Assembly: GCA_041736175.1 (NCBI GenBank)
Contig: JBGSUI010000022.1
Span: forward strand, 1-24,664
Origin: Oligoflexales bacterium
Lineage (GTDB): Bacteria; Bdellovibrionota_B; Oligoflexia; Oligoflexales; CAIYRB01
Direction: 5' to 3'
DNA: 24,664 nucleotides
Under the pieces are notes generated by a model. That model did no database searches and had not been told where the DNA came from. It saw only the letters and a list, made by a program, of their open reading frames with translations. This document shows, piece after piece, positions 8,155-14,732 of the stretch (position 1 is its first letter; every line of letters begins with the position of its first letter). The translations under genes and the position numbers were made by a program.

Positions 8155-8407
8155 CTCCCTATAGAGGGTCGACCGGCCGGAGGGGGATATTGGATTGATA
8201 CCCCTCTTGATGTCGTGTCATCCGAATTATGGACGCATCCGCTCTAGACGGCATCAAAGACCGAGACCGGTGGGATTATCAGAGTTAGATCAAGACACAA
8301 AGCGGCTGCTATACAAGCCAAGAAATCCTTCTAGTATTATGGTAGATAGTGGCAATCGAGGCTGCGCCACTGCGGCGATACCAAATAAGAGGAAAATACA
8401 TAAAGCC

Positions 8408-8878
8408 ATGAAAACATCTAAAAAAAGCAAAAAAGTACGAACGAAAAAGACTGACTCAAAAAGCACAAAAAGCCACCGGTCGGACCAAGTAACTCCAGCC
8501 TTTTCAATCGTCACAGATCCTTCAATAATTGCTCAATTCAAATCGATGTTTGGTTCGGCTGGACCTGGAGGATTCCGATTACCAAAAGGAACTAAGTGGG
8601 TCGAGCTTTATACAAAACCCGTTCCCGCAAATTGGGGGCCAAATCGATTGCGTCACTTGTTAAAAGAAGAATACCAAGTTGATGACAAAGGTCGTGCCTT
8701 TTTGTTCTTTAATAAGGCTCAGGATCAGCTAAAGCTCTATTTTCGTGATGACGAAGGTGATCAAATCATGAGCAAAATTCTGGAAAGGGGGGGCTTTATG
8801 TTCCCTGCAGCTGATTCTGAACAAACCTTCCTCAAAGTGTCGGCAAAAAAACTCGCAACGTTATTTCGCTCATCATAG
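8408..8878 (+). CDS. Divergent IS66 TnpB (Orf2)-like accessory protein with a Lys-rich N-terminal extension
   Basis: LYTKPV..WGPNRL..AFLFFNKAQDQLKLYFRDDEG..SKILERGGFMFP parallels the IS66 TnpB pattern (LFVFxNxxxxxxKxLxWDxxG..KRLExGxFxWP). No TnpC is nearby. Confidence 0.65.
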   Translation: MKTSKKSKKVRTKKTDSKSTKSHRSDQVTPAFSIVTDPSIIAQFKSMFGSAGPGGFRLPKGTKWVELYTKPVPANWGPNRLRHLLKEEYQVDDKGRAFLFFNKAQDQLKLYFRDDEGDQIMSKILERGGFMFPAADSEQTFLKVSAKKLATLFRSS

Positions 8879-9034
8879 TTCCAAATCGCCTATGCTACCA
8901 TCCGTAAATGGATTCAGGAGCGCCAGGACAAAGAAGGACGGAACTACGAACCATACTTGGTAAAACGAGCCCTGGTTCTTGAAATCATGGATGGAGATTT
9001 AACGAAATCTTGGTGGGCTTCTCGGAAACCTTGA
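8879..9034 (+). pseudogene. Possible HTH transposase (IS3 OrfA-type) remnant
   Basis: A start-less frame, FQIAYATIRKWIQERQDKEGRNYEPYLVKRALVLEIMDGDLTKS, resembles the end of one transposase HTH and the start of a second. Confidence 0.4.
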
Positions 9035-9051
9035 GAAGCCAATGATTTAAG

Positions 9052-9885
9052 ATGGGCAAGGGATCAAATCAAGTGACAGCTAATGGAGCCCGAGATTCAA
9101 TGAACGAAACCCAGTTTCAAATCTATAAGGCTATAGCAGTCTCGGTAGCCCTAGGATTCACAGTCGTGGTCCAAGCTCTTGTGCCTTATCGAGGAACAAT
9201 TAGAGATGCTTTTAAGAACTGGAAAACCAACTTTCCATTGGGGATACTAAATGTTTTGGTAATGGGGGCCATTTGTGGTGGCTGTGTTTGCACCCTAGCA
9301 AATGCTGCCGAGGTTCGTGGAGTTGGACTTGCGAATGTTTTAGGGTGGTCATTGCCGGTGCGAGTTGCTGCTTCTATCCTCATCCTGGATTTTGTGGCCT
9401 ACGGGTGGCATAGAGCCAATCACCGATTCCGACTTCTCTGGCGCTTCCATGCCGTTCATCACTCCGACAGAATTTTTGATGTATCAACCGCTGTTCGCTT
9501 TCACCCCGGTGAGCTTTTGATATCGCTAGGTATACGGCTCCTTATCGTTCTCGCATTTGGTTTGCCTGTAGTAGGGCTTTTGGTCTTTGAAGTACTCTAT
9601 GGATTTTTCAATTTCTTTGAACATGGAAATGTTCGATTGCCACAGACGATGGAACGCTGGTTAGCTGTTATTTTTGTGACGCCTGCATTACATCGAAAGC
9701 ATCATTCGGTGAAGCTCCAGGAGTTGAATCGAAACTTCAGCACTATTTTCTCATATTGGGATCGGATCTTTAGATCTTATGCTCCATCCACTTCGATTGA
9801 AGATATAACGGTGGGACTTGTCCACCATACTGGTGATCCATATCGAGTTACGTCTCTCTTAAAGATGCCAATTCGATCAGAATAG
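9052..9885 (+). CDS. Sterol desaturase / fatty acid hydroxylase family membrane protein
   Basis: His motifs HRANH, HAVHH and HRKHH, plus RFHPGE, EHGN and NFSTIFSYWDRIF, with hydrophobic segments. ATG 9100 is a plausible alternative start. Confidence 0.92.
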   Translation: MGKGSNQVTANGARDSMNETQFQIYKAIAVSVALGFTVVVQALVPYRGTIRDAFKNWKTNFPLGILNVLVMGAICGGCVCTLANAAEVRGVGLANVLGWSLPVRVAASILILDFVAYGWHRANHRFRLLWRFHAVHHSDRIFDVSTAVRFHPGELLISLGIRLLIVLAFGLPVVGLLVFEVLYGFFNFFEHGNVRLPQTMERWLAVIFVTPALHRKHHSVKLQELNRNFSTIFSYWDRIFRSYAPSTSIEDITVGLVHHTGDPYRVTSLLKMPIRSE

Positions 9886-9925
9886 ACTGATCCGTCGATA
9901 GTAGTGGCGCAGCGTTTTGCAGGAG

Positions 9926-11173
9926 CTATAGACTTGCAATCGCTGTGCCGACTACTGCGCTTAGAAGCACAATTATCCAGGGTGCTACCTTCCAAAAAAC
10001 AAGCAGAAGAAAAGCTGTAGCAGCAAGGATAAAGTCGCTGCCGCCGTGAATAGCGCTGGTCCAAACAGGATTGTAGAAGGCCGCAAGAAGCAGTCCTACA
10101 ACCGATGCATTAATCCCCTGCATTACACTTTGCATATCAGTGTACCTTCGAAGGCACTCCCAAAACGGCAGAACGCCAACGATCAAAAGAAACGCTGGGA
10201 AAAATACCGCCACCAGACAGGACGTCGCCCCAATCAAACCAGATGGCTGCACGCTTGAAACGGCGCCCAAGTAAGATACAAAGGTAAACAACGGGCCAGG
10301 GACTGCTTGTGCAGCACCATATCCAGCGAGAAAGGCATCGTTTGAGACCCATCCATGGGGAACAACCTCAGCTTGTAAAAGGGGCAGCACGACATGCCCA
10401 CCGCCAAATACCATAGCGCCAACTCGGTAGAAGGTTTCGAATTGCTGAATGGCAGGTTCTCGGGAAAGCTTGGATGCCAGCGGTAGGAGCACTAGCAGAC
10501 CAAAGAACAACGCTAAAGCTACGGCGCCGGAGAATCGACTTAGGCGAGCTGGCGGCAGAACGTGAGGAACCTCGTCCGATTTTTGAAGAAGAAACCTGCC
10601 AAAGATGCCGCCAGAAAGGATGATCGCCATTTGTCCCAAAGCCGAAGGAAAGGTGATCGCTATAATCGCAGCCACGACTGCAAAGGTGGCGCGAACTCGA
10701 TCAGGACACAGAGTTCTTCCCATTGCCAGCAGGGCTTGAGCAACAATAGCTACCGCAACAACCTTCAGCCCATGGAGCCAACCAGCACCAAGGCTGTCGC
10801 TGAATTTGGCAACACCGAGGGCGAAAAGCACCAGAGCGACAGCAGAAGGCAAAGTGAACCCCAGCCAAGCAGCCACGGCACCCAAGACGCCACAGCGTCC
10901 AAGCCCAAGCGCAATACCAACCTGGCTGCTTGCTGGTCCTGGAAGAAATTGGCATAGCGCGACAAGATCAGCGTAGGCATGTTCGGTCAGCCATTTCCTT
11001 CTATGTACGAATTCGTCCCGGAAGTATCCAAGATGAGCGATTGGCCCCCCGAAGGATGTCGAGCCCAAACGAAGAAAAATCCAGAAGACTGAGAGAAGCG
11101 AAGATCGCATTGGAATGGGCTTTAAGATATCAGGCTGTGGCGCTTGCGAGATGCTATTCTTTGGGGCGCTCAA
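9926..11173 (-). CDS. chrA: Chromate efflux transporter (long-chain CHR family)
   Basis: SFGGPIAHLGYFRDEFV, LCQFLPGPASSQVG, VFGGGHVVLPLL, GYGAAQAVPGPLFTF. ATG 11110 is an alternative start. Confidence 0.95.
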   Translation of the reverse strand: MSAPKNSISQAPQPDILKPIPMRSSLLSVFWIFLRLGSTSFGGPIAHLGYFRDEFVHRRKWLTEHAYADLVALCQFLPGPASSQVGIALGLGRCGVLGAVAAWLGFTLPSAVALVLFALGVAKFSDSLGAGWLHGLKVVAVAIVAQALLAMGRTLCPDRVRATFAVVAAIIAITFPSALGQMAIILSGGIFGRFLLQKSDEVPHVLPPARLSRFSGAVALALFFGLLVLLPLASKLSREPAIQQFETFYRVGAMVFGGGHVVLPLLQAEVVPHGWVSNDAFLAGYGAAQAVPGPLFTFVSYLGAVSSVQPSGLIGATSCLVAVFFPAFLLIVGVLPFWECLRRYTDMQSVMQGINASVVGLLLAAFYNPVWTSAIHGGSDFILAATAFLLLVFWKVAPWIIVLLSAVVGTAIASL

Positions 11174-11318
11174 GTTTTTCTCTCTTTCGTTGTCTATTCA
11201 TCCAAGCCTTTGGGCCGATAAATCCGATGCCAAATACGAGTATTCCAATTGCAATGCCGACTAGGAAGCCTGCAAAGACGTCTCCTGGATAGTGAACGCC
11301 AAGATATATCCGCGAGAT
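11154..11318 (-). pseudogene. C-terminal remnant of a PAP2-family phosphatase
   Basis: The minus frame reads ISRIYLGVHYPGDVFAGFLVG, the PAP2 C3 motif SRxxxGxHxxxD. An in-frame TAG lies at 11340-11342 upstream, and there is no start or C1/C2 motif. Confidence 0.85.
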
Positions 11319-11352
11319 ATGGGTACTGACAATAGGACCCTAGAATAAGTTG

Positions 11353-11790
11353 CTACTCCCAAGGCATATCGCCCCAAGCGAAATATTCTCGTATAGATTC
11401 CTCTGCAATGCTATATCCCTGACCTTTTGAGTTAGTCCTTTTCCATTTAACTTTTGCATCGTTGAAAAGTCGCTCAACGACTACCATAAGTTCCGATTCC
11501 GTATCGTCGTAATCCATCCCATCAATCTCGTCAAAAATATCACTGACCGCATTACCCTCAATTCGATTTTGAAGTGCCGTATAGTAAAGCATTCCAGCCA
11601 CAACAACCGCAAGTCTATGGGTTCTACCATGTGGAACCAATTCTTTGAGCATATTTATCCATGTCTGGTAGGTATCCTCTCCAACCAATTCTTCAAAATC
11701 ACCTCTAAAAGACTTAACAACAGCATTTTTCTTTGTTTGAGGCGCCAGAGTTGTTTTTCTCTTTCCCATTTTGTTTTGGTTCAATGCCAT
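11353..11790 (-). CDS. Hypothetical protein, first gene beyond the predicted nic site
   Basis: 145-codon ORF with a GAGG RBS before ATG 11790, a basic N-terminus and an acidic middle. No family recognised. Confidence 0.75.
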   Translation of the reverse strand: MALNQNKMGKRKTTLAPQTKKNAVVKSFRGDFEELVGEDTYQTWINMLKELVPHGRTHRLAVVVAGMLYYTALQNRIEGNAVSDIFDEIDGMDYDDTESELMVVVERLFNDAKVKWKRTNSKGQGYSIAEESIREYFAWGDMPWE

Positions 11791-11960
11791 AAGTTCCTCA
11801 CCGTTTAAAGATCTTAAAGAGATCAAAAGATGTTTTGATAGGGCACAATAATCCTGTCTTCTGAGTCTTACAAGTTAGACCTGAATCAGTCCCTCTGCAC
11901 TTCGCTTCGCTGCGCATTCGGCCATCCCTTCGGGCTGTCCTCATTTGCTAGGGGTCATAA

Positions 11961-11990
11961 TACACACACCCTATGCACCCGTTGTGCCCC
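11961..11990 (-). other. MOBF-type oriT with predicted nic between 11966 and 11965
   Basis: The minus strand reads GGGGCACAACGGGTGC-ATAGGGTGT^GTGTA: a GCAC/GTGC inverted repeat plus 9 nt, the same layout as the R388 (GTGC-GTATTGTCT^) and F (TTGC-GTGGGGTGT^G) nic regions. It lies upstream of the mob operon. Confidence 0.75.
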
Positions 11991-12135
11991 TCCAGCATCC
12001 TTAGCCCCCTCAATCCATCAATATCACAATCAAAGTTCGTATACGCCCGTGTACGCTAACAAGCTAAAACCACCCCTAAGGCCCCGATATTTTCTTCCTA
12101 ACCATCGCTGCGCAAAGTAGACCGCTAGACTTTGC

Positions 12136-12186
12136 ATTCCCGAACTTTCGGTAATCCCGCCACCAAAATTCACGGATTTTCGGACA
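12136..12186. promoter_or_regulatory. Second pair of the 19-bp dyad motif, candidate UAS of the mob promoter
   Basis: ATTCCCGAACTTTCGGTAA (12136-12154) matches the 2466 copy at 15/19. ATTCACGGATTTTCGGACA (12168-12186) matches the 2444 copy at 17/19. The period is 32 bp. Confidence 0.6.
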
Positions 12187-12247
12187 TTCCCCCTCTCAAC
12201 TCCCGCGTCCAATCAGGGTAACAGCCTGAAATATCTGTTCGTCAAGA

Positions 12248-12269
12248 CTTGGCGCAAAAATTGCCTGTC
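12248..12269 (+). promoter_or_regulatory. Candidate sigma54 (-24/-12) promoter of the mob operon
   Basis: CTTGGCGCAAAAATTGCCTGTC is TGGCGC-N5-TTGC, with GG at 12251-52 and GC at 12263-64. The predicted +1 is near 12276, 37 nt before ATG 12313. Confidence 0.72.
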
Positions 12270-12312
12270 TAAATTGGGTCCAGGTCGAATCTTCTTTGGG
12301 GTAGGAGCGGGT

Positions 12313-12771
12313 ATGGCAAAAGAAATAAAAACGCAGCGACGGAGCCGAGCACAGGTAAGCGGAGGGCTTGTTCCGGTGACCTTACGGATATCGGCTCAAG
12401 ATCGAGACAATTTTGAGCATCTGGCCAGGGTTCATGGCTCAAACCTTTCGGAGTACCTAAGGGCGCTACTAGACGAGTATGCTTCCAAAGCTTCATTTGG
12501 GCATCGGCTTGATGATATTGGCGCGCAGCTCAATGCTATCTCGGAGAAGGTCCATCAAGATATCGAACAAGAGCGCTTCCCAACCACAAAGTCAGAGGGC
12601 CACACCGACCAAGCTCTCCATGAAATTACAAGGCAGTTAACGGCCACAACCACAAGTGTCGAACAGTTCACAACCCTGATCCAAAGTAGCTTCGAACAGT
12701 GGTTTGAGGCCTTTTTCAAACTTCAAACCTTTCTTGAGCAAATGAGCAAAGCACAAGGGGGGCGCCGATGA
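12313..12771 (+). CDS. Ribbon-helix-helix relaxosome accessory protein (TrwA/MobC-like) with a coiled-coil C-terminus
   Basis: VPVTLRISAQDRDNFEHLARVHGSNLSEYLRALL fits an RHH pattern. It has an AGGAG RBS, sits between oriT and the coupling protein, and overlaps the next gene (ATGA). Confidence 0.8.
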   Translation: MAKEIKTQRRSRAQVSGGLVPVTLRISAQDRDNFEHLARVHGSNLSEYLRALLDEYASKASFGHRLDDIGAQLNAISEKVHQDIEQERFPTTKSEGHTDQALHEITRQLTATTTSVEQFTTLIQSSFEQWFEAFFKLQTFLEQMSKAQGGRR

Positions 12772-14729
12772 AGCAGAGATTTATAGCCGCGGGTATGTTT
12801 GCTTCTTGTTTGGGAATGGGGCTCTTTTTGATTCTCTCAAAACGGATCAGTGGCGCGACGTTTCTGTTCGCTCCTGACCGAATTGCTATTGTCCAACAGT
12901 TCATCAGCAAAAAGGTGCCCTCAGTCGTGGCTACGGGCGGTCTGACTATTGGTCTTGTGTCTCTCGTTGTTGCCCTTGCGGTCCTGATTGAGCTTGAAAT
13001 GCGAAAAAAGGACCAAAGTCCGGCGACCTTGATTTCCCATTTGGTTTTTGTATCGATCGGACTTGTGGCAGCTCAAATCATCCTCAATGTCGTCGCATCC
13101 ATGATATTGCGGCAACGCATTCCACTGAATGGCTTTGGTATCTTGGTTATGCCTATGGCTATGCTCGGATTCTATGGACCAATCAGGATTTTGTTCTGGC
13201 AGCGACCAACGTCAGGGGATGACTCTCTAAACCGCGGGATCAAGGTTATATTTGATCCCGGTCGCAGTGCACAAATTTTGCGCCGTAAAGCAATCTCCAT
13301 AGGAGTAACCGGCCTCGCTATTCATGATGACGTTCAATTGCCAATCGGTCAGGAGACCAAACATACACTGCTCATAGCCGCCCCAGGGGGCGGCAAGACC
13401 CAGGTTATCTACCCCTTGATTGAGCGAATCAGGGCACGCGGTGACGCTATGCTACTTTATGATTTTAAAGGCGACTTTACGGCTGCTTTTGGCGAAGATC
13501 CCGGGGTCTTAATCCTAAGCCCATTCGATGCTCGCGGCTGTGGATGGGATATTGCCGCTGACGTCACTACAGACATCAAGGCAATGGAGTTCGCAGCCTG
13601 CCTCATTCCAGACCTTGATTCCAAGGAACCGTTTTTCAAGAAAGCTGCGCAGGATCTTCTAACGGGCGTCATCACAAAACTGATTAGGGAAAAGCCGGGA
13701 TCATGGGAAATTGGTGATCTGGTGAGCGCTCTCACCAACAAGTCAGATATTGTGGCCTCTTGCCAACAATATCGACCTGCAGCGTTGAGTGCGCTGGGAC
13801 CTGTTGATGAGAAGCAAGCTGCTGGGGTCTTTGGCGAGCTGAGAACCGGGTCTATTCAGCTTGAATATCTGGCGCGAGCATGGTCAGCGACTCAGAATAA
13901 AATCTCACTTACCAAATGGGTGCGCAATCCGGAACTCCGCCAGGAGCAGCCGATCATCATGCTCCGCGGGCACCAACAGTATCGGCGCCTTGATGGTTTC
14001 TTAACCTCCCTAGTCTGCGCACTGGTGATCAAAGAAGCCTTATCACTCTCCGACTCCTATGAACGGCGCATTTGGGCGGTCTTAGATGAGTTCGGCAACT
14101 TGCCGCGTATTGATGGCATTGATGCCCTGTTAACGGGCGTCAGGTCCAAAGGGGTGCGGATCGTTGCCGCAATACAGGATATTGCGCAAATAGAGGAAAC
14201 CTATTCAAGGTCTTTTGCACAAACTTTTTTTAACTGCTTTGGGACTATCCTCGCAGGACTATGTTCGGGTTCAACGGCTCGTTACCTGTCGGACTCTTTC
14301 GGAAAAAATAAAATCGACCGGCTTCAGCACAGTAAATCTCGCAAAAAAGGCGCCCAGGGGATGGCTGGTGGAACCTCAATTTCAGAAACACAACAGAGTG
14401 TCATTGAGAATGCCCTTATTGATACCGATTTTTCAAACCTCGAACCACCTAATATGAATACCCCCGCATCGTTTTGGCTTCGCATCTCTGGCTGGCCCAT
14501 AGGACGGCTCAGTTATCCCGTACGGCCTCTGCCTAATAAATATCCCTCTCATATCGAACCAGATTGGTTAAAAGACCCGTCTGTTCCTACGATCATCGAG
14601 CCCGCTGGTCACGACGTCGTGGTCGAAGAGGATAATGCGCCAGAAGTGGCGGCCCCTCTCGTGCGTGAGTACCGGCCCTTTGGAGCCAAGGCCGATGGCG
14701 GTGTCGCATCACCTGGAAACGAGGGGTAA
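12768..14729 (+). CDS. Type IV coupling protein (TrwB/TraD family)
   Basis: N-terminal TM segments, Walker A AAPGGGKT, YDFKGDF, PFDARGCGWD, WAVLDEFGNL, RSKG, IQDIAQIEETY. Confidence 0.92.
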   Translation: MKQRFIAAGMFASCLGMGLFLILSKRISGATFLFAPDRIAIVQQFISKKVPSVVATGGLTIGLVSLVVALAVLIELEMRKKDQSPATLISHLVFVSIGLVAAQIILNVVASMILRQRIPLNGFGILVMPMAMLGFYGPIRILFWQRPTSGDDSLNRGIKVIFDPGRSAQILRRKAISIGVTGLAIHDDVQLPIGQETKHTLLIAAPGGGKTQVIYPLIERIRARGDAMLLYDFKGDFTAAFGEDPGVLILSPFDARGCGWDIAADVTTDIKAMEFAACLIPDLDSKEPFFKKAAQDLLTGVITKLIREKPGSWEIGDLVSALTNKSDIVASCQQYRPAALSALGPVDEKQAAGVFGELRTGSIQLEYLARAWSATQNKISLTKWVRNPELRQEQPIIMLRGHQQYRRLDGFLTSLVCALVIKEALSLSDSYERRIWAVLDEFGNLPRIDGIDALLTGVRSKGVRIVAAIQDIAQIEETYSRSFAQTFFNCFGTILAGLCSGSTARYLSDSFGKNKIDRLQHSKSRKKGAQGMAGGTSISETQQSVIENALIDTDFSNLEPPNMNTPASFWLRISGWPIGRLSYPVRPLPNKYPSHIEPDWLKDPSVPTIIEPAGHDVVVEEDNAPEVAAPLVREYRPFGAKADGGVASPGNEG

Positions 14730-14732
14730 CCC

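Noticed and set aside
8195..8407. N-terminal 71 codons of the 227-aa ORF
   Set aside because: The TTG start has no support and runs through origin-flanking DNA. ATG 8408 is more plausible.
9777..11292. Short overlapping ORFs within or antisense to chrA and the desaturase (and similar ones inside mobF, the kinase and the regulator)
   Set aside because: They are shadow frames of well-supported genes with no motifs of their own.
14700..14714. GGTGTCGCATCACCT resembling the parS palindrome
   Set aside because: It has the wrong length and spacing and lies in coding sequence, so it is likely chance.
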